A DNA stretch of 64,000 bases from an uncultured Pelagibacteraceae bacterium (GCA_902610585.1 CACLWE010000001.1:110970-174969), one strand, 5' to 3'. Shown: positions 30,704 to 43,657, counted from the stretch's first letter. Notes: generated by a model not told the origin, from the sequence alone. A program made the numbers and translations.

Positions 30704-31042
30704 GTGAAAAATAGAAGAAGCCGACCTTTTAAAAGGTCAAACAATAGGAACAATGACAACTTTGCTAATGGTAATAATAATACCAGAGTCAGAGGTAATC
30801 TATCCACAGTTCTTGAAAAGTATAAGGTTTTAGCAAAAGATGCAGCAGCATCAGGCGATTATGTAGGTGCGGAAAACTATTTGCAGCACGCCGAACATTA
30901 CAGCAGACTAATCAATGATCGCCAAGACCGCTATAATGACAAAAATGGCTCGATAAAAACTAATGTAAATGAAGCATCTAGCGTCGATGAGACTGTTGAA
31001 ACTCTGGATCCTGCAAAGGCTATTGAAGAAGCTAATTCATAG
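30704..31042 (+). CDS. DUF4167-type small basic protein
   Basis: Uses a GTG start and has an R/N-rich N-terminus. It contains the conserved ...KY..LA.DA..SGD.V.AENY.QHAEHY... pattern. Confidence 0.65.
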   Translation: MKNRRSRPFKRSNNRNNDNFANGNNNTRVRGNLSTVLEKYKVLAKDAAASGDYVGAENYLQHAEHYSRLINDRQDRYNDKNGSIKTNVNEASSVDETVETLDPAKAIEEANS

Positions 31043-32309
31043 AGTTTAATTCAGATACTTCAGCATTAATTCGATTTTTTTCAGCTAAAAAAATTTCCAA
31101 GTTTTTGTCTTTAAGTTGTTTACCTGAAGGTAATTTCATTTTCATTGGATTGATTCTTTTTCCATTAAAAATTACTTCATAGTGTAAATGAGGGCCTGTA
31201 GATAGTCCCGTATTACCAACATAGCCAATTACTTGTCCTTGCCGAACTTTGATGTTTTTTTGAATACCTGAAGCATATTTACTTAGGTGAGAGTAACTAG
31301 TTTTATACCCATTGAGATGCTTGATACGAATATATTTTCCAGCTCCCCCATTATTGCCGACAAATTCTATATGGCCTGTGCCTGCAGCCATAATAGGTGT
31401 TCCAGTAGGCGCTGCAAAATCAACTCCTTGATGTTTTTTATTGTACCCCAAAATTGGATGTTTTCTCATTCCAAAACCAGAGGATAGCCTTGCCCCATTA
31501 ATTGGTGTTTTCATAAGTGCTTTAGTTGCGCTTTTGCCATCACTATTAAAGTATTCAACAAATTCATCCCCCTCTGATTGGAATCTATAAAGCTCATAGG
31601 ATTCATCATTAAGAATAATCTCTGAAAAAAAAATGTTCCCAGATTTAATATAATTATTCTGTGAATCTGTATAAATCTCGAAAAATATTTTGATCTTATT
31701 TCCTTTTCTAATATCTCTTTGAAAATCGATGTCGAAACTATACAACTGAACAAACTCCATTATAATTTCATCTGGTGTATCTATTTTTTTAAGAGACCCA
31801 TAAATACTGTTATGGATTTCAACTTCGTAGAGTTTTAGCTTACTGAATAGTTTTTTTCTGTCTTCACCTGCAACAAATTTATTGTTAACTTTTTTTACAT
31901 AGATTTTTTTTTCAACATCAGGATATATAATTATTTCATTAATTATCTTTTTATCATTAATGGACTTAGTGTAAGTTTCAATTAGTGTTCCTACTTTTAA
32001 TTTTCTTAAATCTATTTTTTTAGATATAATATTAACAACATCATTAATTTCATCATCTTTAAGATCTGCTTGCTTTAAGACTCCAGTAAAAGTCTCTCCA
32101 TCCTGTAGGTAGTATTTTTGGACGAATGTAAAATGAATTTCTAATTTTTCCTCAATATGGATTGGGTCTTCATCTGTTATAATTTTCTTAGAAACTTTTT
32201 TTTCTCTAGCTAAATTTTCTCCGAACGAAATAGACAAAAAATATGAAATACCCAGTAAGAAGATAAAGCTCAGTAACAGAATAATCTGATTTCTATTGAT
32301 GATGGTCAT
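31032..32309 (-). CDS. M23-family (LytM-type) peptidoglycan metallo-endopeptidase, membrane-anchored
   Basis: Has an N-terminal TM segment. The C-terminal region carries HQGVDFAAP.GTPI and GNTGLSTGPHLHYE motifs. Confidence 0.88.
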   Translation of the reverse strand: MTIINRNQIILLLSFIFLLGISYFLSISFGENLAREKKVSKKIITDEDPIHIEEKLEIHFTFVQKYYLQDGETFTGVLKQADLKDDEINDVVNIISKKIDLRKLKVGTLIETYTKSINDKKIINEIIIYPDVEKKIYVKKVNNKFVAGEDRKKLFSKLKLYEVEIHNSIYGSLKKIDTPDEIIMEFVQLYSFDIDFQRDIRKGNKIKIFFEIYTDSQNNYIKSGNIFFSEIILNDESYELYRFQSEGDEFVEYFNSDGKSATKALMKTPINGARLSSGFGMRKHPILGYNKKHQGVDFAAPTGTPIMAAGTGHIEFVGNNGGAGKYIRIKHLNGYKTSYSHLSKYASGIQKNIKVRQGQVIGYVGNTGLSTGPHLHYEVIFNGKRINPMKMKLPSGKQLKDKNLEIFLAEKNRINAEVSELNSMN

Positions 32310-32464
32310 TTTGGGATATTGGTATAAACATTTTTAGAGTTTTTTCATAAATATTTGTTTTGATTAATACGAAACTCTTACTTAATCAAATAAGTAATTG
32401 AATTCGTTATATAATTGTAATTCTATAAAAATACTAGTTTTCTGCCTTTTATGTCCTTTGCTGC

Positions 32465-32492
32465 TTGACTTTTTGGCTCTATACAGTAAAAA
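32465..32492 (+). promoter_or_regulatory. candidate rrn promoter
   Basis: CTTGACT (-35) at 32464-32470 is followed by a 16-nt spacer and TAAAAA at 32487-32492. It lies about 255 nt upstream of the 16S gene. The -10 is weak, so this is tentative. Confidence 0.25.
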
Positions 32493-32632
32493 ACGCTCAC
32501 CCTTGTTCGGTGATGCTCTGAGCTTGCGGCATATGACTATTTATAGTCTTAATATAATCTATCCGGCATTTAATTCCTTATCTTTAGGGTAAGGACTTTA
32601 TGCTTGTTGGTTATGCTATTGGAAAAGTAAAT

Positions 32633-32655
32633 TGAAAGAGAAACGTGGGCGGTAA
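32633..32655 (+). other. 5' arm of the 16S rRNA processing stem (pairs with 34298-34320)
   Basis: TGAAAGAGAAACGTGGGCGGTAA is complementary at 21 of 23 positions to TTACCGTCCTCGTTTCTCTTTCA downstream of the 16S gene. Confidence 0.8.
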
Positions 32656-32745
32656 TTCCGCAGTACAGAATAACCGTACACGTTTATTGGATTGCATAAT
32701 TTATTTTATGCAACTCCGCCAATAAGTTTGTGTGCGTCATTTTTA

Positions 32746-34233
<1,488 letters not shown>

Positions 34234-34348
34234 CTAAGAGTAATTTTTTGAGTTTCTAGGAATTTAAAAAATATTTTACTTAGTAATTATATGTGGCTTA
34301 CCGTCCTCGTTTCTCTTTCATTGTTTAAAACTATAAAGCCTTACGTTT

Positions 34349-34426
<78 letters not shown>

Positions 34427-34442
34427 TGACGTGGTATCTCTT

Positions 34443-34518
34443 GGGGCTGTAGCTCAGCTGGGAGAGCACCTGCTTTGCAAGCAGGGGGTCACCGGTTCGA
34501 TCCCGGTCAGCTCCACCA
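34443..34518 (+). tRNA. tRNA-Ala (anticodon TGC), CCA encoded
   Basis: Sequence runs GGGGCTGTAGCTCAGCTGGGAGAGCACCTGCTTTGCAAGCAGGGGGTCACCGGTTCGATCCCGGTCAGCTCCACCA. A G3:U70 pair is present. Confidence 0.97.
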
Positions 34519-34611
34519 AGTTTTAAGCTTTTCCATTTACATCGTGAAGTGACATCAATACTAAATTAAAATTTTATTGAGAATTCAAATCTAAGTGTCA
34601 CAAGAAACATA

Positions 34612-34634
34612 AGTTTGTTTTTTGTACATAGAAT

Positions 34635-34642
<8 letters not shown>
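34612..34642 (+). other. 5' arm of the 23S rRNA processing stem (pairs with 37361-37390)
   Basis: AGTTTGTTTTTTTGTACATAGAATAATCAAGC pairs with GCTTGATTTTCTATGTACTAGAAACAAACT. The blocks ATCAAGC, GTACATAGAA and AGTTTGTTT pair, leaving two small internal loops. Confidence 0.8.
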
Positions 34643-37368
<2,726 letters not shown>

Positions 37369-37460
37369 TTCTATGTACTAGAAACAAACTAGCAATTTCA
37401 AGCAACACTTAATTTAGATGAACAAAAAATTAAATTAGTATTGTATTCACGTTTTGTTGA

Positions 37461-37576
37461 TCTGGTGACTTTAGCGGAGAGGTAACACACGATCCCATTT
37501 CGAACTCGAACGTTAAGGGCTCCAGCGCCGATGGTACTTTGTCTTAAGGCATGGGAGAGTAGGACGTTGCCAGATC
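37461..37576 (+). rRNA. rrf: 5S ribosomal RNA
   Basis: Runs TCTGGTGACTTTAGCGGAGAGGTAACACACGATCCCATTTCGAACTCGAACGTTAAG...GGGAGAGTAGGACGTTGCCAGATC. The flanks TTCACGTTT (37446-37454) and AAACGTGAA (37581-37589) extend the terminal stem. Confidence 0.95.
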
Positions 37577-37600
37577 TACTAAACGTGAAATATTGTCACT

Positions 37601-38161
37601 TCATGTCTTAAAAAAATAATTTTCAATATATTCACAAATAATTTGCCCAACAGCTATATGCATTTCTTGGATTCTATCAGGTCTTGAAGATGGGACTTTG
37701 ATTAAAAAATCGCACTTTCCAACTAGATCACCTCCTCCTTCACCTGTTACACCGATAACTTTACAGCCATTTTTTTTTGCTTCTCTAACGGCATTTAAAA
37801 TATTTTTACTCTTACCACTTGTGGAAGTAGCGTAAAGAACATCACCTTCTTTACATAATGCATTAATTTGTCTTGAGAATATGTCATCAAATGAAAAATC
37901 GTTAGCTATAGCAGTAATCGTTGAAGTATCTGTAGACAAAGCTAAAGCAGCTAATGGTGCTCTATTCTTTCTGTACCTTCCAATTAACTCAGCAGCTAGA
38001 TGTTGAGAGTCTGCAGCGGAACCGCCATTGCCACAAAACATAATTTTCCCACCATTTTTAAGGCACTTAATTATAACTTGAATAGAATCATGGATTTCCC
38101 TGTCATTATTTGAAAGTTTATTAAAATTTTGTGAAATTTCTAAAAGTGTTTCTTTTATCAA
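37601..38161 (-). CDS. gmhA: D-sedoheptulose-7-phosphate isomerase (SIS domain)
   Basis: Contains GNGGSAADSQHLAAEL and ..STSGKS.N. motifs. Size is 186 aa. Confidence 0.88.
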   Translation of the reverse strand: MIKETLLEISQNFNKLSNNDREIHDSIQVIIKCLKNGGKIMFCGNGGSAADSQHLAAELIGRYRKNRAPLAALALSTDTSTITAIANDFSFDDIFSRQINALCKEGDVLYATSTSGKSKNILNAVREAKKNGCKVIGVTGEGGGDLVGKCDFLIKVPSSRPDRIQEMHIAVGQIICEYIENYFFKT

Positions 38162-38261
38162 TGTAATTCTTTTTTTTCTATTAGTTTTGAATATGATAAT
38201 ACAGTAAAAAGTAAAATATACTTATCAAATAAATTTATTTTTTATATGACAGGAATTTTGA

Positions 38262-39221
38262 ATGCATATTATAACGGGTGCTGCAGGTTTTATAGGATCT
38301 AATATTTCCATTGAACTGGATAGATTGGGATATGATCTAGTATTGTGTGATATTTTAGATCATGAAATGAAAATTAAGAATATTTCAAGTCTAAAAAAAC
38401 CATTAATAATTAAGCCCTCCCAATTGATAAATTTTATAAAAAAAAACTCAAAAAAAATTGAGTCAGTGATTCATATGGGGGCAATCAGTTCAACTGCAGA
38501 AACAAATTTAGAATTATTGATAAATAATAACTTAATATACTCTGAAAATTTATTTTTTATATGTAACAAATATAAAATCAAACTTATTTATGCCTCTTCT
38601 GCTGCAACTTATGGAAATGGAGAAAATGGGTTTGATGATAAAAACACTCTTTTAAATTTTATTCGACTCAATCCAATCAATTTATACGGACTGTCAAAAC
38701 ACTTATTTGATCTTAAAGTTTTAGAATCCATAGGAATAGGCAACATGGATAGTCGCCCGGTGGGCTTGAAATTTTTTAATGTCTATGGACCAAATGAGAT
38801 GCATAAAGGGTTTATGATGAGTCCTGTGCCAAAATTTTTAAAACAAATAAAAGAAACAAAAAAATTAAATCTCTTCAAGTCTCATAACTCGAAGATTAAA
38901 GATGGTAAACAGGCAAGAGATTTTATATACGTTAAAGATTGTGTTGATATTATTTTGTGGTTGATCAAAAATGACTCAATTATAGGAATCATAAATGTAG
39001 GAACAGGAATAAAAAAAACATTTCTAGAGCTTGCAAAGATCATTTTTAAAAATCAAAAAATAAAAGAAAATATTCAATTTATTCCAACTCCTAAAGAAAT
39101 AAGAAAAGGTTATCAATACATGACTAGGGCAAACATCTCTTTAATAAGAAAAAAAGGCTACAAAAAAAATTTTACCTCTCTCAAAGATGGCGTTAATGAC
39201 TACATTAATAATTACTTATAA
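38262..39221 (+). CDS. hldD: ADP-L-glycero-D-manno-heptose 6-epimerase
   Basis: Aligns block-by-block with HldD/RfaD as I remember it: TGAAGFIGSN, YASSAATYG, NLYGLSKHLFD, FNVYGPNE.HKG, RDFIYV.D and NVGTG. Confidence 0.85.
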   Translation: MHIITGAAGFIGSNISIELDRLGYDLVLCDILDHEMKIKNISSLKKPLIIKPSQLINFIKKNSKKIESVIHMGAISSTAETNLELLINNNLIYSENLFFICNKYKIKLIYASSAATYGNGENGFDDKNTLLNFIRLNPINLYGLSKHLFDLKVLESIGIGNMDSRPVGLKFFNVYGPNEMHKGFMMSPVPKFLKQIKETKKLNLFKSHNSKIKDGKQARDFIYVKDCVDIILWLIKNDSIIGIINVGTGIKKTFLELAKIIFKNQKIKENIQFIPTPKEIRKGYQYMTRANISLIRKKGYKKNFTSLKDGVNDYINNYL

Positions 39222-39230
39222 GGAGTTTTT

Positions 39231-40403
39231 ATGATCATTGGAGTTGTAGGATGTGGTTATGTAGGTTTGAGTCTTGCTGTATTAATATCTCAAAAATATG
39301 AAGTACGAGCTTTTGATATTTCAGAGGAAAAAATCAAAAATATAAATGATAAAAAATCTCCTATAAAAGATACAGAATTAGAAGAGTTTCTTCAAAATAA
39401 ACCACTTAATCTCATTGCCACTTCTGATAAAGAGGTAGTGTATAAAAATTCTGATTATGTGATAATAGCTACTCCAACAAATTATGACATTGAGAGCGGC
39501 TCATTTGACACTTCTACAGTAGAAGATGTAATTGGAGATTGTATTGAACTAAATGAGAATGCAACTATCGTAATTAAATCTACTGTGCCTCTAGGTTTTA
39601 CAGACTCAATAAGAAAAAAATATAAAAAAAGGGACATTTTTTTTTCTCCAGAATTCTTAAGAGAAAGTAAAGCTTTATATGATAATCTTTATCCTGCACG
39701 CATTGTAATGGGTGATACGACTAAGAAAGCTCAAATTTTTAGCAAAATTTTAACTGAGTGCTCTAACTTAAATCCAAATGAAATTTCGTTAATTAATATG
39801 GGCTCAAAAGAAGCCGAAGCTGTAAAACTATTCTCAAATACGTTCTTAGCGATGAGAATAGCTTTTTTTAATGAATTAGACAGTTTTTCAGAAATTTATG
39901 ATCTTTCGCCTGAAAAAATTATTGCTGGTGTAAGCGCTGACCCTAGAATAGGAAATTATTATAATAACCCATCTTTTGGTTACGGAGGTTATTGTTTGCC
40001 AAAGGACACTAAGCAGCTTTTAGATAATTACCAAAGTATTCCAAATAAATTAATAAAAGCAGTTGTTGAGGCAAATCAAACAAGAAAAGGTTTCATTGTT
40101 GAATCTATTTTAAAAAAAAATCCCAAAACAATAGGAGTTTATCGTATAATTATGAAAGAGGGCTCTGACAACTTTAGGGAAAGTGCGGTATTAGATATCA
40201 TAAATGATCTGATACAAAACGATGTAAAGTTAATTCTTTTTGAACCACTAATTTTTGATGATTATTTTGATGGCATAAGAGTAATTAAAGATATTGGTGA
40301 TTTTATAAATCAATCAGATTTAATTATTGCTAATCGTCTCTCAAATGAATTGGAAAATGTTATACACAAAGTTTATTCTAGAGATATATTTAGAGAAAAT
40401 TAA
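39231..40403 (+). CDS. ugd: UDP-glucose 6-dehydrogenase
   Basis: Contains GCGYVGLS, IIATPTNYD, FSPEFLRESKALYDNLYP.RI and NPSFGYGGYCLPKDTKQL motifs. Size is 390 aa. Confidence 0.92.
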   Translation: MIIGVVGCGYVGLSLAVLISQKYEVRAFDISEEKIKNINDKKSPIKDTELEEFLQNKPLNLIATSDKEVVYKNSDYVIIATPTNYDIESGSFDTSTVEDVIGDCIELNENATIVIKSTVPLGFTDSIRKKYKKRDIFFSPEFLRESKALYDNLYPARIVMGDTTKKAQIFSKILTECSNLNPNEISLINMGSKEAEAVKLFSNTFLAMRIAFFNELDSFSEIYDLSPEKIIAGVSADPRIGNYYNNPSFGYGGYCLPKDTKQLLDNYQSIPNKLIKAVVEANQTRKGFIVESILKKNPKTIGVYRIIMKEGSDNFRESAVLDIINDLIQNDVKLILFEPLIFDDYFDGIRVIKDIGDFINQSDLIIANRLSNELENVIHKVYSRDIFREN

Positions 40404-40414
40404 TTATATCTAAA

Positions 40415-40987
40415 ATGGAAAAATTAGATCAAATACTAAAAATATTAAAAAATAAGAGTATCTTTGTAATATCAGCATTAGAAATAGAGACTAATAATTC
40501 AAATCAAATAATACATTCTGGGGTAGGTAAAGTTAATGCGGCGTTAGCAGTGGAAAATATAATCAATTTAAAAAAACCCAAAGCGATAATTAATTATGGT
40601 ACAGTTGGTAAAATTAATTCATCACTAACTGGTTTGGTTGAATGCACTCAATTTATTCAACATGACATTGATGCTTCTCCTTTAGGTTTTCAAAGGGGAG
40701 AGACTCCATTTGATAAAATTAGTCAAATCAAACTATCAGAAGAAGGCTATATTTGTGCAACTGGAGATAGCTTTGTTACGAACAAAACCAATATCAATGC
40801 TGATGTTGTAGATATGGAAGCTTTTGCACTTGCAAAAGGTTGTTTCTTAAAAAATACAATTTTTAAATGCTATAAGTATATCACAGACGAGGCAGATACT
40901 GCGGCATCAGAAGATTGGCAGACTAATTGTAATAAAGGTATAAAGATTTTTACAGAATTCCTTATAAATAAATATGGCCCAATGTAG
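40415..40987 (+). CDS. PNP_UDP_1-family nucleosidase, short MTA/SAH-nucleosidase (Pfs/MtnN)-like
   Basis: Contains GVGKVNAALAV, VVDMEAFALAK and ITDEAD motifs in the order seen in Pfs/MqnB-type enzymes. At 190 aa it is shorter than typical Pfs. Confidence 0.6.
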   Translation: MEKLDQILKILKNKSIFVISALEIETNNSNQIIHSGVGKVNAALAVENIINLKKPKAIINYGTVGKINSSLTGLVECTQFIQHDIDASPLGFQRGETPFDKISQIKLSEEGYICATGDSFVTNKTNINADVVDMEAFALAKGCFLKNTIFKCYKYITDEADTAASEDWQTNCNKGIKIFTEFLINKYGPM

Positions 40988-40999
40988 TTTTTCCATTAA

Positions 41000-41028
41000 T
41001 TGACATCTTCATCAATAATCTATATGAA
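41000..41028 (+). promoter_or_regulatory. candidate promoter for tRNA-fMet
   Basis: TTGACA at 41000-41005 is followed by a 17-nt spacer and TATGAA at 41023-41028, about 15 nt before the tRNA. The same region can form a weak hairpin (CTTCAT-N11-ATGAAG plus T6) that could instead terminate the upstream operon. Confidence 0.3.
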
Positions 41029-41042
41029 GTTTTTTATTATAA

Positions 41043-41119
<77 letters not shown>

Positions 41120-41131
41120 ATTCTTTGATTT

Positions 41132-42490
41132 TTAATTAATCAATCCGCCTTCTTTTAATATTATATCTTTAATATCTGCTGTCATAATATTTTTATATTT
41201 ACTTTCGCTATTTAAAATTGCCATTGATCCTTCAGGAATGTGATATGCACTTCCAGGCTCAACTTTATTGAACTTTATTCCCCCGTTATCCCATGAAATT
41301 TTTTTATTTTTTCCGTTAGTAATTATGAAATAGCCTTTTTCTATATCTAACTTTTTTGGAGTTATAATAGATATATTTAAGCTGTTTCCCTCCTCAAGAA
41401 TCGCAAAAATTTTCCTTCCGGAAGCAGTTTCAATTGAACTAATTTCATCAATGATAGTTTTTCTTACATTCTGATTTTTTACTTCTAGAGCTACTTGAGG
41501 AACCATTGCCAATCTTTTATTATATTTAGATCTATCAATACCTATAGACTTCATTAAATTTTCAACAGATACTATTGCCGCTTCTAAACCCTCATGATTT
41601 TCATAAATGACCGCTTCTTGCCCCATTCCTGATATAAAAAAGACCTTTATATTTTGTAATTTTTTATCAAGTTTCATTGTGTCCGCTAGAATTTCATCAA
41701 GTATTTGCATAGCAAAATCTATTGTTTTTTTATGCTCTTTATTAAATTTAGTACTTTTTTCCATAAAGTCCTCTGGAAATATATGTTTCCAATATCTATG
41801 CATGACGTTAGCAACATGGTTAGTAAAGAAAGATGCAAATTGCGGTGGATTTTTCTTAAAATATAAATACTTAAATATATCCCAACAAATAATTGATTGA
41901 TATATAGGTCTTCGCTCATAAAAACTTTTATCATATAGTTCCAATATGAGCTGTTTTATAATTCTAAAGATTGTCCTAATCTTAAGAAATCTGAGAAGTC
42001 TCAAGAAAATTAATAGACTTTTAAATGAGATATAGCTTGTTCTTTTAACTACCCTTCCGTTTTCTGATACTTGCTCAAGATTAAATTCTTGAAAAAATTC
42101 AAGAGAGTTTGGATAACATGCTTTGTTGTGTGCAAATGTGTCAGGAATATAAAATCCACCATTTCCTGGTTCAATTGGAGGCCAACTTTGTAGTGATCCA
42201 AATACTCCAATATTAAATCCTTTTTGTCTGTATTCTTTCCATATAGGATTACCTTTAAAAGTATTCGGATCTTGACCAAGATTTTTAATATTATGTTTTT
42301 TGTAGTTCATTCCTCTGTGAACTGTAGGCCAAATAAGCCATGGATCTAACATTCCTATCTTATCGGAACAAATTGTTTTGTATTTATCTGCTTTTTCAAA
42401 AAATAGTTTAATGTTTTTGTATTTAGTTTTATACTTATTAATAATCTTCCAAGGTACTTCATTGATTTCTAACAATAGTATTTTATGCAT
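41132..42490 (-). CDS. hypothetical protein (452 aa), possibly a divergent alkaline-phosphatase-superfamily fold
   Basis: A long ORF with normal codon use. Motif order ILLLEINEV / WPTVHRG / TNHVANVMHRYW / ISGMGQE / GSAYHIPEG is reminiscent of type-I phosphodiesterase/AP-core proteins. This is my reading only. Confidence 0.55.
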   Translation of the reverse strand: MHKILLLEINEVPWKIINKYKTKYKNIKLFFEKADKYKTICSDKIGMLDPWLIWPTVHRGMNYKKHNIKNLGQDPNTFKGNPIWKEYRQKGFNIGVFGSLQSWPPIEPGNGGFYIPDTFAHNKACYPNSLEFFQEFNLEQVSENGRVVKRTSYISFKSLLIFLRLLRFLKIRTIFRIIKQLILELYDKSFYERRPIYQSIICWDIFKYLYFKKNPPQFASFFTNHVANVMHRYWKHIFPEDFMEKSTKFNKEHKKTIDFAMQILDEILADTMKLDKKLQNIKVFFISGMGQEAVIYENHEGLEAAIVSVENLMKSIGIDRSKYNKRLAMVPQVALEVKNQNVRKTIIDEISSIETASGRKIFAILEEGNSLNISIITPKKLDIEKGYFIITNGKNKKISWDNGGIKFNKVEPGSAYHIPEGSMAILNSESKYKNIMTADIKDIILKEGGLIN

Positions 42491-42551
42491 TAAATAAATT
42501 CAGGATTAACATAAGAAATAAATTATATAGATCAAATTATTAAAAGAATAT

Positions 42552-43247
42552 ATGAAAAACCTTTATCTGAAGACAGTTTATTCAAAAGAAAGAAGACCAG
42601 AGACGGATTACCCAATAAAACTAGCCAATCATTTGATTTCAAAATATGGATTAATAAAGGGTAAGATACTTGATTTAGGTTGTGGGCGAGGTGAAATGTT
42701 AAACGCATTTTCTCACGGAGGATTTGAAGTTTATGGTGCTGATCTAGATAGTGATGCTAGAGAATTATGTAGACCTCACAGAGTTGAAGTATGTGACTTT
42801 GAAAATGAAAAAATTACTTATGATGATAATTATTTCGATTACATATTTAGCAAGTCCGTCATTGAACACTTAAATAATCCCCTTCTGGTTTCAAAAGAAA
42901 TATATCGGATGCTTAAGCCTGGTGGAAAAATTATCTTGATGACACCGAGCTGGCAGCACACACGCTGGGGGCCTTTTTACCTAGATTTTACTCACAAGAC
43001 ACCTTTTACTATTCCATCTTTGAAAGATTTACTATTGTTATCAGGTTTTAAAGAAATCAATGCTAGCTTTTTCTTTCAATTGCCATTGTTATGGAAGTAT
43101 CCCTTTTTAAAATTCATGTTTGCTTTTATCTCAATACTACCAATTAAATATAGCCCTATGCATGAAAAGCTATTCATTTCTGAAAAGTTAAATAAAGTGA
43201 TTAGGTTCTCCAAAGAAGCAATGATTATTGGTGTTGGAGAAAAATAA
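42552..43247 (+). CDS. class I SAM-dependent methyltransferase (Methyltransf_11-like) with a hydrophobic C-terminus
   Basis: Contains ILDLGCGRGEM, DYIFSKSVIEHL and LKPGGKIIL motifs. Confidence 0.8.
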   Translation: MKNLYLKTVYSKERRPETDYPIKLANHLISKYGLIKGKILDLGCGRGEMLNAFSHGGFEVYGADLDSDARELCRPHRVEVCDFENEKITYDDNYFDYIFSKSVIEHLNNPLLVSKEIYRMLKPGGKIILMTPSWQHTRWGPFYLDFTHKTPFTIPSLKDLLLLSGFKEINASFFFQLPLLWKYPFLKFMFAFISILPIKYSPMHEKLFISEKLNKVIRFSKEAMIIGVGEK

Positions 43248-43547
43248 AATAACTTAAAGAAAACAAAATAGACGCTTATATAATCTTAGTATCAAAATAA
43301 AATTCTTATTCCGAAAAAAATTTTTTCTTAAAAATATTAGAAATGACATAAAGTTTTTTTGTTTATATTTCTCATATTATTAGAATAAGATTTATTTACT
43401 CGTTACACTTTAATGCATATTCTGTTGCTTTTATTTGCTGATTAAGAAAAAGCCACAAATGGCGTTGATTTTTCTATTAATTCTATTTTCATATTTTTTT
43501 AGGTAATTCAAGTTTAATCACAAAATCTCTTAGGGATCTTACAATTA

Positions 43548-43580
43548 ATATGCATTTAAATTGACAACTCAAATGCATAT
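43548..43580. promoter_or_regulatory. operator-like perfect 10-bp inverted repeat bracketing a TTGACA hexamer
   Basis: ATATGCATTT (43548-43557) and AAATGCATAT (43571-43580) are separated by 13 nt containing TTGACA (43561-43566). An ATAATT/TAATTA -10 candidate lies at 43583-43589, about 70 nt upstream of the 12-gene operon. Confidence 0.45.
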
Positions 43581-43603
43581 AAATAATTATTTTAAATATA
43601 GAT

Positions 43604-43621
43604 ATAATAATAATAATAATA
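43604..43621. repeat. trinucleotide microsatellite (ATA)6
   Basis: ATAATAATAATAATAATA lies in the presumed 5' leader of the operon that starts at 43658. Confidence 0.8.
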
Positions 43622-43657
43622 TAGTTAATATCTAAATACTATACACATGTATTAACA

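Noticed and set aside
32398-32592. A 64-aa ORF in the region upstream of the 16S gene.
   Set aside because: It lies in the rrn promoter/leader region, has no RBS and has an odd composition. It is most likely non-coding leader.
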